From Octopus sinensis (taxonomy: Eukaryota), in the NCBI RefSeq assembly GCF_006345805.1, contig NC_043003.1, positions 117,056,001 to 117,120,000 on the forward strand: a stretch of DNA of 64,000 bases, written 5' to 3'. A model generated the notes under the pieces. It ran no database searches and had not been told where the DNA came from. It saw nothing but the letters and a program-made list of their open reading frames with translations. Positions within the stretch are counted from its first letter, which is position 1; each line of letters starts with the position of its first letter. The position numbers and the translations under genes were made by a program. This document shows, piece after piece, positions 40,560 to 54,084 of the stretch.

Positions 40560-41110
40560 TTATCTACTACTATTACTACTACTACTAATACTACCACCAC
40601 CACCACCACTACTACTACTAGTACTACTACTATTACTACTACTATTACTACTACTATCACTACTACTACTACTACTACTACTACTGCTACTACTATACTA
40701 CTACTACCAGCACTAATACTAATACTACTACTACGACTATTACTATCACTACTACTACTACAACTACTACTACCACTACGTCTACCACAACTTCTACCAC
40801 TACTACTACTACCACTACTTCTACCACTACTACCACTACTACTACTAAAACTACTACTACCACTACTACTACCACTACTACTACCACTACTTCTACCAAT
40901 ACTACTACTACCACTACTACCAATACTACTACTACCACTACTTCTACCACTACTACCACTACCACTACTACCACTACTACTACTACTACCACTACTACTA
41001 CTACTACTACTACCACTGCTACTACTACCACTACTTCCTCTACTACTACTAGCACTGCTACTACTACCACTACTGCTAATACTAATACTAATACTACCAA
41101 CTACCACAAC
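40560..41110. repeat. (ACT/ACC)n compound trinucleotide array
   Basis: Directly visible. Confidence 0.95.
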
Positions 41111-41334
41111 TATACGTCGTCTGCACAACGTTCAAAATGATCCTCCAATAATGGTCAACTTTCAAGACGTCAAGGTTCTAATTTGTTCCAAATTTCTTTC
41201 AATTTGGAAATAAGTTCACATTTCGGAATCTTTGGTTTCGGTCATTCTGTGAGAAAAACTAATTCCTCCATTTAACAATTCTTGGAAGTAGAAAGGTTAA
41301 TATTTATTGTTCTAAACTGCTTTCGTAGATGCGT

Positions 41335-41371
<37 letters not shown>

Positions 41372-41386
41372 TGTAGTAGTAGTAGC

Positions 41387-41424
<38 letters not shown>

Positions 41425-41478
41425 CAGTAGCAGTAGTAGTAGTAGTAGTAGTATAGTAGTAGCAGTAGTAGTAGTAAT

Positions 41479-41578
<100 letters not shown>

Positions 41579-42124
41579 AAACAATCCAATGATGCTCTCG
41601 TTTTGTTAATTTTTTGGTATATTTTCGTGAGAAAGGTATTAATCTCTGGAATTCATTTTCTAATTTTTGTTCACAGTTGTTGAAAGTACCTTCGGCTGAA
41701 TACGGACAATTTATGGCAGCAGTAGGGCAATCTGTTCTATAAGAGATTTAAGGGTTGCTGGAAAATAAACAGCTAAATTGTGTGTGTAACACGAAGAAGA
41801 TACAAAGAAAAACATCAAATAAATAAAGACACAAATGTCTATGGAAATGACTTGTATTTGTAAGTTTGTGGAGATTAAGGCAGTCGTAGTTTGCGGTTAA
41901 TGATTCGATGTAGGCATTGTACAGTTGTAGAATAATGTAAATTTTACCGAAAACCTCAGAACCTGTTATTATTATTATTCAGTAGTTTTATTTTTATGAT
42001 GGTTACTGTATAAACCATCAGAGCACCACAACAAATCACAGCACATACCCAAGGCACACACAGCTGCGCTATAAAAATAAAACTATTGAATAATAATAAT
42101 AATAACAATAATAATAATAATAAC

Positions 42125-42200
<76 letters not shown>

Positions 42201-42221
42201 GGTTCTGAGATTTTCTGTAAA

Positions 42222-42290
<69 letters not shown>

Positions 42291-42293
<3 letters not shown>

Positions 42294-42675
42294 TAGTTTT
42301 ATTTTTATAGCATGCTTTCACTTCACTACCGAGCGCAGCTCTGTGTGCCTTGGGTATGTGCTGTGATTTGTTGTGATGCTCTGATGGTTACTGTATTGAA
42401 AGTGTTCGGCGTAGGATGTGTGCAGTGCCCAGTAGTGCAATTTTCTGTATGTTATATGTGTTTGTAAGTCCTGGTGTTTTTGTTATTTATTTGTCTGAAT
42501 ATTTTTTTATCATACCTAATGCACCTACTATGATAGGGATTGTTTCTGTTTTCAGATTCCACATTCTAGTTACCTCTATTTCCAGGTCTTTGTATTTTGA
42601 AAGTTTCTCCATTTCTTTTAGAGACACGTTGTCATCTGCTGTATCGATACATCAATTAGAAAGCATTTTTTTCTT
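42291..42675 (-). mobile_element. Dong/R4 3' end (endonuclease C-terminus + 3'UTR) in (TAA)n
   Basis: Minus strand reads EKLSKYKDLEIEVTRMWNLKTETIPIIVGALGMIKK..IQKIALLGTAHILRRTL*. TTA repeats on both sides. Confidence 0.9.
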
Positions 42676-42700
42676 CATTATTATTATTATTATTATTATT

Positions 42701-43245
42701 GAGTGAGAGAGCAGTGCATGCCATCAAAGTGACACTGGGGTAAAATATACGAAGCCCAATATACCCATCATGACTACCCGTCTGATAAAGGTACACCAGG
42801 CACATGCATCACAACCATATGTGCGCGACATGGTGATCTCATATCAAGATAAACAGCACATGACCTTGCAGGTGGGGTCCAGTTACAATTTTCTTCAGGT
42901 TGAGTAGCCCATCCTGCTCAAAAGGTCCCTGAATAAGGGTTGTTTAAGGATGTTGAAAGAACCACCCATGTTTCCAGAGGTGAATTATTCAAAACCCAAA
43001 GAATCCCTCTCAACACATGCTATGATGCTCCCCCACTACTTCTGCTCGTGATCAGAGATGCACATATCGTCAGCCACTAAGGGACATGCTCAACTGGTTA
43101 GGTCAAACAACTGACAAGCAAATCTGTGGTATTGAGCAGAATATTTGCTGTAGCCCATCTTTTATACCAAGACAAAACAATGTACATGATAAACTTCCAA
43201 TCAGTTAAGATCAGAAGCCATGAGAGCCACTGCCTGGTACTGCAT
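42701..43245 (-). mobile_element. family C non-autonomous element in (TTA)n
   Basis: Closely similar to 30107-30656. Confidence 0.8.
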
Positions 43246-44870
43246 ATTATTATATTATTATTATATTATTATTATTATTATTATTATTATTATCTATTAT
43301 TACTGTTATTATTTTTCAACCACAGGACAATCAGTGCTGGCCGAGAAGTCTTATCGCCACATGTTTCATGCGTGATTATCCTGCTGTTTTGTATGTGAGT
43401 GTGTCTGGCGGAGGGTTGTCTTCATTTTAGCTTTTCAGAGAGAATGTGTCTCCGGAACTACAATATACAATGTTTACTTTCTTTTTAACACGCTATAGTG
43501 CGGTTTTTGGTGGATTTGGTTGCTATATCTAGAACAACACGTCGATGCATAAAGGACATTTCGTTGCACACTTTGTGCAAATAAGTAACACGTGTTGTTA
43601 TTTATCTATTTATTATTCACCTGCAAGTTATAGGTAACTTAGTAATACATTGGTAAATACATTCGTTGTGTATTTATTATATATGAAACCATTGTAATTC
43701 TATAAAAGATAGTATTACTTTGATAATAAGCAATTATTTTCTCTTATCTTATTTTGAAGACAGAGAATGAGAAAGATAATCTACGAAATAAGCGTGGGAA
43801 GAAAGGAAATGAAATAGGAGAGCAATTTCTATAAAAACAATAGAAATTCAGAAGCAACTTATTTTCGATATGTATTTGAAATTTCCGTTGAAGGAAGATT
43901 CGTTAAGTTTGAGAAAAAGGAAATTCCATCTTAAAAAAAATCAAAACGAATTTTGATACCTGAATATCGAAACTGAATTCAGATCGAAAATTTTATTTCT
44001 GTCTAAACTATTCGTGAGTCTGTGTGCGTGTCTGTGTGTCCAAGTGGGTCCGTACTAGGCGAAAGAAATTACCGACTCAAAACCGTAGAAAGTAAAGCTA
44101 AGAAAAATCAAATTACTTGAGATCTTTAATCATTTACTTGTTTTCAAACATTCGGCTGCGGTCATGCTGGGGCACCGCTTTGAAGAATTTTAGTAGACCC
44201 CAGTACTTATTCTTTAAATACCTGGTACTTATTCTTTCGGTATTTATTGTTGAACAGCTAAGTGACTGGGACTTAAACACACCAACACCGGTTGTCAACC
44301 GGTTATGCGAGACAGCCACAGAAAAAAAGACCCCTCCCTATATAAGTGTGAGTGTATATTTATATATATATATATATAATAATTATTTGAGGGAATACAT
44401 ATATATATATATATATATTTATGTATATATTATATTATATATATATAATATTATATAATATATATACATACATACATACATACATACATACATAATACGG
44501 CTTCTTCTCGGGCCGACCAAAGCCTTGAAAGTGAATTCGTAACGGAAACCGAAGGAAGTCCGTGAATATATATATCTAATATATATATTATATATAGATA
44601 TATATATATAGTATATTATATATATATATACTATATATATATATATATATACTATATATTATATATATATATATATATAGATATATATATAAATAATAAT
44701 ATATATAAATTATTAGAGTTATCCACATAGTGGATAACTCTCTAATAATTTATGTATAATTTGTATTTCTCCGTAGTTTTTTGTGCTAAGCCATTGGTGT
44801 AAATTAATGGTATTATTAAATTAATATCGATTTTCCACCCTCATTTATAATTTTATAAGTATATATATAT

Positions 44871-44905
<35 letters not shown>

Positions 44906-44951
44906 CTATTATATCTATATGTATATATATATATGTATATATATATTGTAT

Positions 44952-45011
<60 letters not shown>

Positions 45012-45429
45012 TATATTAAATTGAGGAAGGGGAGAAAAGAAATTTACAATGTTTGTTTTTTCAAAAGAATAATAATACATACATACAAAAATTAATAAAT
45101 AAGTACACCAATACATTGTAGTGTGTTAGTCCTTGAAAAAACCTCTTTGGAGCATTAGGATGCATATGTTTAAGTGTAGTGCTTAGTTTGAAAGAGTTGG
45201 GTGATTTTGTGTCAAAACAGGAAATGGGGTAGGAGTTATCTAGTTCCTGTGAGTAAGGGGAGACAATTCTGTGGATTTTATGCTCTTTAATTGGAATGCT
45301 GGATTTTTTTGTCAAACAGGTTCTGGGTTACATATATAATATATATATATATATATAATATATATATATATATATCTGTGTATTTGATCCCCGGCCATCG
45401 TTTAACAACAGATGCTGGAGTGTTTATGT

Positions 45430-45945
45430 TCCCGTAACTTCTTCACATTGATCTTGTCATTACCGGAGCATCCTATGTCGATAATCATACATTTTCTTTC
45501 TTTTTTCTTCACCACAACAATGCCCTATTCGCACTGGATCATTACATCCCACATGATTTCCCAACTCTCATTTTCGATGACTCCTGTTTTTTTTTTTCTT
45601 TTGTAGGTCGTGATTTCCACAGAGCTCCCAATGGATCATTCATGCCACATTGTCATGGCATCGTTTGCATTCGTGTTGAGCCAATTGCAGGCATTTGCTA
45701 AGTACATGTCATACCGTTTCACCCCTCTCTCAACACATTCTGCATTTGTCGCTATCGGTATAGTTGGCATTTCGACACTTCATATAACTGGTCCTTAACG
45801 TTGCGTTCCTGAGCTGCACATATGAGTGTTTCTGTCTCTATCGTTAGGTCACTCCTACTCATTCAAAGTCACCGGTCCTCTATATCTGTCTTAACGTCCA
45901 CATCTCTTGCAAACTGACCGTACATTTCCTTTCCATGCCATTTCT
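45430..45945 (-). mobile_element. R4-type retrotransposon C-terminal fragment
   Basis: Minus strand reads WHGKEMYGQFARD..SRSDLTIETETLICAAQE, followed by a decayed zinc knuckle/RHD region. Confidence 0.75.
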
Positions 45946-46197
45946 TTTTTTATTATTATTATTATTATATACATCTGTGTTTGTGTCTATGTTTTACCCT
46001 CGCCACTGCTTCACAACCGGTGTCGGTATCTTTATGTCTCCATAGCCTAACTGTTCGGAAAAAGAGACTGAACGAATAAGCTCCATGATCAAATAATGTT
46101 GTGGGGGTCGATACATTCGACTAAAAATTCTTCAAAGCTATGCCCCAGCATGGCCGCAGTCTAGCGACTAAAACAAGTAACGGCTATAAGATATGGA

Positions 46198-46428
46198 TAA
46201 GGCGGCGAGCTGGCAGAAACTTTAGCACGCTGGGCGAAATGCGTAGCCGTATTTCGTCTGTCGTTACGTTGTTAGTTCAAATTCCACCGAGGTCGACTTT
46301 GCCTTGCATCCTTTCGGGGTCGATAAATTAAGTACCAGTTACGCACTGGGGTCGATGTAAACGACTTAATCCCTTTGTCTGTCTTGTTTGTCCCCTATAT
46401 GTTTAGCCCCTTGTGGGCAATAAAGAAA
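46198..46428 (+). mobile_element. SINE family B, full length with TSD
   Basis: Consensus match. TSD tataagatatggat on both sides. Confidence 0.92.
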
Positions 46429-46974
46429 TATATAAGATATGGATGATGAGATCATTAAAAGATTTCACGTTAAAATATTTCCCTTTTTTTCTGGATACAC
46501 AGCATAGAGTAAGCTGTTCCGCTTTCAGTGGTTAGAAAGTCGTTCAATGCACGTGAGTGATCAACCCATAGAATGTAGGTAGGAGATGTGCATGGTATTG
46601 ATATTTTCAGTAAAAACGGGGAGAGCAAACTTTCATCAAAAGCCAATTTAGAGAAACACATTCATTTGAAAAAGATAGAATTCCGAGAGTCAATGAAACG
46701 TTAGAAATTCGGCAAAGTGAAAATACATTGCGACATGGAAGCAGCTCATCAATTTCCCCCGACATGAAATTCCACAACGAAATTCTCAAAGAGCGTTTTA
46801 TATGTTGTTGCGCGTACAAAGCATTGTAAGCTCTGAAACAGAAAATAAATAGAGAAACAAAAGAATTTATTGAAGCTGGATTCCACCAAACAGTTCATAA
46901 TATACAGGGAATCATATGGTTATCATAGAAATTATTATTGTTGCTGATGTTGCTGTTGTTGTTGCTGCTGCCAA

Positions 46975-47190
46975 TGCTGCGAGCTGCCATATTGGTTAGT
47001 GTATCGGAAAAAAATGCTTAGCAGTATTTCTTTCGTCTTTACGTTCTGTGTTCAAATGCCGCCAAGTTCAACTTTGCCTTTCAACCTTTCGGCGTCGATA
47101 AAATAATTATCAGAAGAGTCCTGGGGTTAATGTAATCTACTTGTCTCCTCCCCTGAAGATGCTGGCCTTGTGCCAAAACTTTGAAGCGAT
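46975..47190 (+). mobile_element. SINE family B, diverged
   Basis: Consensus match. Confidence 0.7.
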
Positions 47191-47299
47191 TATTATTATT
47201 GTTGCTGCTGCTGCTGCTGCTGCTGTTGTTGTTGTTGTTGCTGTTGTTTTTGTTCTGGTGAGTAGTGACACATGTCGCTTTGGAGCGGGTAAGTGTTTT

Positions 47300-48480
47300 G
47301 GAATATTGTTGTGAAGAACATTTTACCAATTTCAGAATATTTGTGATCTCAGGCACAAATTTGTTCTAGAAACCAGGAAGAAGGTCCCATGGGCCCTAAA
47401 ACTAGTGACAGCTGACGATGATGATGATAACATTAGCAAAGAGGACAGCGCTTTCTGTCGATAGTCAAATAAGTGATGCAAGTATATGTACCTTCCTGAA
47501 CAGATCTTGCCCACAACAACTCTCACTTCATGCAATACGTCACAGTTAGGCTGGGTAAAGTACCAGTTAGCAATGATACTCTGGTAAATTTAGACGTACG
47601 AAGAGCTTTCGATAGGGTTGACCACCAAAAATTTGCGACGCTTCTCACGTCGGCCGATTTCGGTCCCGTTCTTCTGTGGCTCTGCATTGCCACATTATAC
47701 ACAGGAACATCGGTGTTTGTGCTGAAGGGTTAACTATCGAAACCATTCAACATCATACACTCGCTCCATAAAAATGATCCCATCTCGTCTCTTCTGTATG
47801 TAGTGACTATCGAAACACTAGTGTGGATACTAGGGGAGCTGAAGAGCTTCCCACATACACTAGGATGTGGGAGAGCCGAGTTTGCAAACACGGATGATGT
47901 CACTACCACAGTCTCAGACACAAGACGTATAAATTTGATCCTCTGATCTCCAAAGAAATGTGCAGTGGAAAAGGAAACAACTAAAAATATTTAGAGGCCT
48001 TGTAGAACGGCCCCTAAAAATGAGGAAGGACGGAATGGTTAAACAGCTTGGAGTTTGGTTCGGTCCAGATTTCCAAACGAAGAATTCCCGGGATAAAATG
48101 GCGAATATATTTGTCAATCTCACTCAGAAACGAGCCGGGAAAAAAGTCTCCTTGAAAGGTCAGGAAGAGGTATTGAGTGCTTCTACCGCCTCCCTTATGT
48201 ATTATCGCCTGGCCATTGTAATTTGCCCAAATTCATGTCTCGCTGGGTTGGTGCACCTGATTTTTGCTTTCTGTTGAGGGAACACTTTCCACTGATTAGG
48301 AGCTCAAGTTTGTTGTCAACATCCGTGGATCTCCCTGTGGCTAACAATGCGAGGACGACATGTGCTGAGTTTCCTCCACCGAAAGCATGTTTGGTTGCTT
48401 TTTCCTGATTCGCTTTTCCACAGCTTGTCCTTTTCACTGCTCTGCAATCGAGGACCAAGGGGAAACTGAAGATCTTTCTT
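47300..48480 (+). mobile_element. L1/Tx1-clade RT fragment, decayed
   Basis: LVNLDVRRAFDRVDH, ADFGP, ANTDDV (YADD), VKQLGVWFGPD, KKVSLKGQ, YYRLAIVICP. Confidence 0.85.
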
Positions 48481-48579
48481 ACATATCAATACCCTCAGAT
48501 CTAAGTGTATTCTTATACTGATGATTAAGCCTAACCTTCATGCTAATTTTTATTCAGAATACCTATCTACAAATATTTT

Positions 48580-48809
48580 TTTTCTTTACTACCCAGAAGG
48601 GACTAAACATAGAGAGGACAAACAAGGACAGACAAAGAGATTAATTCGATTACATCGACCTCAGTGCGAAACTGGTACTTTATTTATCGACCCCGAAAGG
48701 ATGAAAGGCAAAGTCGACCTCGGTGGAATTTGAACTCAGAACGTAACGACAGACGAAATACCGCTAAGCATTTCGTCCTGCGCGCTAACGTTTCTGCCAG
48801 CTCGCCGCC
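48580..48809 (-). mobile_element. SINE family B, full length with TSD
   Basis: Consensus match. 15-bp TSD cctatctacaaatat. Confidence 0.92.
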
Positions 48810-49285
48810 TATCTACAAATATATTCCATCCGCGACCACCCAAACTGGAACCGCCATTATATCAGGTTTTACTTTTTCAATGTATCTTCTTTAAATGCAC
48901 TTAGGAGAAGAGATTTATTTAAGGGAGTTACAACAACAATTTCCAGCTGAACTACGACATAGAGGCTACTCCATCAACTCAATACCAGGGCAGTAAAATT
49001 TGTCTGGAAGAAATGAATGCATCATTAAAACCGGTAAAATAGTTGTTCTCACTTTTTCGTTGTTGCAACTTTACAGAGGATGTAGCTTTGTTTCCAGCCA
49101 ATTGGCCAAATTTAAAGGTAGAAGGTCTCTTAAAAGCTATGTAGCGTATCGACGACAACAGCTGAACGTTAGAGTTAAGATATGAACTGACAACTATACC
49201 GTTACGTCCATGGTTATCGACTCAAACATCCATCTGGGATTCTCACAACACTGTATATATAATATAATCAGACAGAACAATATCA

Positions 49286-49337
<52 letters not shown>

Positions 49338-49375
49338 TAATAATAATAATTATTATTATTACTATTATTATTATT

Positions 49376-49585
49376 CAGTAGTTTTATTTTATAGCGTGCT
49401 TTCACTTCACTACCGAGCGCAGCTCTGTGTGCCTTGGGTATGTGCTGTGATTTGTTGTGATGCTCTGCTGGTTATTGTATGGAAAGTGTTCTGCGTAGGA
49501 TGTGTGCAGTGTCTAGTAGTGCAATTTTCTGTATGTTATATGTGTTTGTAAGTCCTGGTGTTTTTGTTATGTATTTGTCTGAATA

Positions 49586-49590
<5 letters not shown>
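49376..49590 (-). mobile_element. short Dong/R4 3' end in (TAA)n
   Basis: Same 3'UTR and TPGLTNTYNIQKI region as 42291, flanked by TTA repeats. Confidence 0.85.
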
Positions 49591-49626
<36 letters not shown>

Positions 49627-50243
49627 GCAATACCATAATTCACTCGTGCAAACCATTGAACACAATGTTATGCTAACTGAGGGTTAACGGGTTGGGGTGC
49701 TGGTTTTACATTTTAACTGAACATATAAAGTTGGTAACGGGCTAACATAGACAGATTATGGAAGTGTTCTCTATTTTTACTGTTTCAAGTAATTTCATTT
49801 GTTCTTCAAGTTAGAGAAACTTCTGAGAAAAGACGAATACATATAAAAAAAAAAGTCAAATGGAACAAAAGAGAATAGGAAAATACGAGAATTAGAGAAT
49901 CAGAGTGAAGAAACTGAGCTGGAAGCTAAAAGGAAATTGATTAAGTACTCTTAACGAGACCAATAGGCATAGTGAATTGACAATGTATTGTAGTGAAGTA
50001 CATATGATATATATATATATGTATATATATATATAATATATATATATATATATTATAATATATATAGAGAGGAGAGAGAGAGAGAGAGAGAGAGAATAAG
50101 TTATATATACGATATATTATATGTATATATGTATGTATATCTATGATATATATATACAGTATATATATGTATACATATAGAGAGAGAGTGAGACACTGAT
50201 GTATATGTACGTATGCATATATATGTATGTGGGTATATACGTA

Positions 50244-50277
<34 letters not shown>

Positions 50278-50333
50278 CTATATATATATATATATTATTT
50301 ATATTGTATACATATATATATACATATATATAT

Positions 50334-50368
<35 letters not shown>

Positions 50369-50695
50369 TAATTTATATATGTATACATATATATACACAA
50401 ATATGCACATTACGCACATACACTCCGATATGCAGACATATATGCGTCAGTGTGCATATAAAGGGCCCAATATCACTGGACATAAACACACACACGTTTA
50501 CATACTTATGTGCATAACCATACCTACATTCATACCTACATGCATACATACATACATTACATACATACATATACATACTTACACGCATACTTGCATAAAT
50601 ACGTAATATATACATACATACACACATAAAGGCGTGGTAAGAAACATTATTGTTATACTATATACCTTTTCGTATATTTTCGCAATATTTCTATT

Positions 50696-50726
<31 letters not shown>

Positions 50727-50779
50727 TAATAATAATAATAACAATAATAATAATGATAATAATAATGACAATAATAATA

Positions 50780-50850
<71 letters not shown>

Positions 50851-51318
50851 GCAACAACAACAGTCAGTGTCTTGTATAAAATGTAATCTGACAGGACAAC
50901 ATAAAATGGTAGGAAACGAAATAAACAGAGAAGATTCTAAACAAGTGATGACGACATTTTGAAAGTGAGAAAAAAGTTCGTTATTGACAATGAATAATAT
51001 TTTTTTTTTCAATCTCATATTAATGCTCTTCTTGCATGATGTTGTTGTTGTTGTTGTTGTTATTATTGTTGTTATTAGTTGAGGCGATTTGACTGTTGTT
51101 GTTGTGGTTGTTGTAAAAGTGCCAACGTACATATTCTAAGAAGTTCTAAACATCCCTTGCTCTGCACAAGCACCTCACCACCCCGGAATAAAAAAATACA
51201 ATTCAGTGTATATATTTGAAAAATAACAATAAAAACAACAACAACAATAATAATAATAATAATAATAACAGCAACAACAACAACAATAATAATAATAATA
51301 ACAACAATAATAATAGTA

Positions 51319-51378
<60 letters not shown>

Positions 51379-52229
51379 GTAATGATATGAAAATCCTGTC
51401 ATGCATGTAGAAATATTGTGCACGCATGCGTAATAACTACGTGATTGATGAAACCATAAGCGAGGTTTTGCCGTAGTGGATTTACAACAAAAACAAAAAT
51501 TAATAAATTCAAAACAACAATACAAGCGAAATCAACAAAAAAACGAAAAAAAACCTGAAGGATTCTAAGCGCTGGCTGTGAGCCATCTGCAATTTTGTTC
51601 ACGTAAACAGCCATACAATGGTCAGTCAACAAACACAACAGATATAGAAGATGGCGTCATACAGAGTGAAGGAGGATGAAATAAGAATGCTAGTTATTGT
51701 GGTTGTTGTAGTGTATAGCTGGCGATGAGGAAGAGGTGGGCGTTGGTTCCGTGTTTGTCATTAAGAAGTTCTAAAGGGCGCCACTGACCTGTTGCACATT
51801 GCCTAATAGCTTCTTGCAAATGTGATCCAAGCAAACTGCTATATATGGTAGCAGAAATATATTGATAGGACGAGGCAGTGGGGGAGAGACTAGAGACATT
51901 GCGTATATTTATCTCTTCATATCTTACATACAAACTCTCGTGGACACACACACATTCACAATATATATATACATAATTGTATTTTGTTCTCTCAATAAAT
52001 TTATATATCTATAGCTACATATACACACATAAATACATACATGCATGCATACAAATATATACATACCTACATACATACAAACAAAAACACCTTAGTGGTG
52101 TTGAAACTCCAATGAAGGAGGCGTGAATCTAGATTAGAAACCGGTTCTTTCTCTATTGGCAAGAAATATTGAAATATACTAAATAATGATATACATACAA
52201 TATACATATATACATACATGCATACATGC

Positions 52230-52306
<77 letters not shown>

Positions 52307-52484
52307 AGGGCTTAGTAAAATAAATTACTTTGCCACATACTGAACTCATTAGAAATAGCAGCTAAAGAAATTTCTTCAGCTATTTCTAATACTTAAAGAA
52401 GATCTCTCTCAGATAGTGTTTGCCTAAACTAACTCACAAAAGTATGGGGGAAAAAAAACATAAAAAATCAGTGCAAAGGTTATT

Positions 52485-52536
52485 TGAGAACGTACGTTTC
52501 TAGATTAGTCAATTCGACATTTCTTTCTTCAGCTCA
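52485..52536 (-). ncRNA. type I hammerhead ribozyme motif (left arm)
   Basis: UGAG-CUGAAGA-stem II-GAA-ACGUACGU-U-CUCA. Confidence 0.75.
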
Positions 52537-53202
52537 GAATTCTTGAATCGGATTTGGGAACACTGAAAGTCGGGAGCATACCCTTTCGGCTTCTAATCAC
52601 CTCTAGAAATTCTGCTCGAACTAAAGTGCTATCAATTCGAATATGCAAGCGAAGAATTTCTGCTCTCCCCCTTTCCACCAGCGTGGGTTAAAATTGACAA
52701 ACACCATGTATTAACGGTGAAAACCGCAGCATTTAGCAGAGAAAGATGAATTATAATTTCAACAATTGAGGGTAAAATTAATTAATTATTAATCAATTTC
52801 ACCAAGTTCAGTATGTAAAGGGACCATTATAGGCGAATTCAAAATATTACATTATATATAATGTAATATTTTGAATTATATATAATGTAATATTTTGAAT
52901 TCGCCTATAATGGTCCCTTTACATACTGAATACTTGGTGAAATTGATTAATAATTAATTAATTTTACCCTGAATTGTTGAAATTATAATTCATCTCTCTT
53001 TGCTAAATGCTGCAGTTTTCACCGTTAATACATGGTGTTTGTCAATTTTAACCCACGCTGGTGGAAAGGGGAGAGCAGAAATCTTCGCTTGCATATTCGA
53101 ATTTGATAGCACTTTTAGTTCGAGCAGAATTCTAGAGGTGATTAGAAGCCGAAAGGGTATGCTCCCGACTTTCAGTGTTCCCAAATCCGATTCAAGGAAT
53201 TC

Positions 53203-53254
53203 TGAGCTGAAGAAAGAAATGTCGAATTGACTAATCTAGAAACGTACGTTCTCA
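53203..53254 (+). ncRNA. type I hammerhead ribozyme motif (right arm)
   Basis: UGAG-CUGAAGA-a AGA aau GUC gaauu GAC uaa UCU a-GAA-ACGUACGU-U-CUCA. Confidence 0.75.
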
Positions 53255-53627
53255 AATAACCTTTGCACTTGATTTTTAATGTTTTTTTCCCCCCATACTT
53301 TGTGAGTTAGTTTAGGCAAACACTATCTGAGAGAGATCTTCTTTAAGTATTAGAAATAGCTGAAGAAATTTCTTTAGCTGCTATTTCTAATGAGTTCAGT
53401 ATGTGGCAAAGTAATTTATTTTACTAAGCCCTTATATATAATGTAATATTTTGAATTCGCCTATAATGGTCCCTTTACATACTGAATACTTGGTGAAATT
53501 GATTAATAATTAATTAATTTTACCCTCAATTGTTGAAATTATATATATATATATCGTTTTGGGATTTGGTTTGCAAGGTTCTTTATATGAGTTCGTGTGT
53601 TGAAGCATATTCCGTTATGTCTGGGAA

Positions 53628-53841
53628 GAGTCATTTTCTTTTTGTGCCTTATAATGTAACACACACACCGGTAAAATTTCCACCTATTTCTTATTTTTAT
53701 TTTCCTAAAATTTTCGTTGCGTCTTCCAACCTTTTGAATAGTTTTGACACAGCGAAGATTTTAAGAAAATAAAAATAAGAAATACGTGGAAATTTTACTG
53801 GTGAGTGTGTTACATTATAAAGCACAAAGAGAAAATGACTC
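53628..53841. repeat. fold-back with ~88-bp inverted arms
   Basis: 53628-53716 is reverse-complementary to 53753-53841, with several mismatches. Confidence 0.85.
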
Positions 53842-53875
53842 TCCGCAGGCACGACAGTATATATATATATATATA

Positions 53876-54084
53876 TCTCATGGCCAATCGCCATGATAGA
53901 TCGTTAGCCACTAAACACTTTTTTTCTTTCCTTGTTTCTCTCCTTGTTTTTTCTGTGTCCCTTTCTGTAGAAGAGCGTAGGCTCGAAACGTAAAATACTT
54001 TTTATACTAAGACTTGTTATACTAATACATCTGTTTGTTTTGTACACCACCTGTCTTCGTCTTTTGTTTTTTTCGTAAACTCCC

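Larger units (their letters stand above)
52299..53545. mobile_element. ~1.14-kb palindrome of a ~560-bp hammerhead-containing unit, plus a partial third tandem unit
   Basis: 52299-52856 is the reverse complement of about 52857-53440 (a few mismatches, 24-bp duplication near the centre). 53433-53545 repeats the start of the right arm. The left arm and the partial third unit border (TA)n. Confidence 0.9.

Noticed and set aside
40517-41213. Mucin-like Thr-rich and Ser/Gly-rich ORFs
   Set aside because: Pure ACT/ACC trinucleotide array, with no signal peptide or non-repetitive coding flanks.
49075-49115. 41-nt micro-exon candidate (EDVALFPANWPNLK)
   Set aside because: Weak donor (gtagaa) and no recognisable homology. 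Such acceptor/donor pairs arise by chance in 64 kb.
51647-51730. YY1-like AAGATGGCG / short ORF start
   Set aside because: Single motif, a 25-codon ORF, and no CpG-island or promoter context.
52103-52152. Hammerhead-like motif ending GAA-ACCGGU-U
   Set aside because: The core reads CCAAUGA and stems I and II do not pair convincingly. At most a degenerate or unrelated pLTR.
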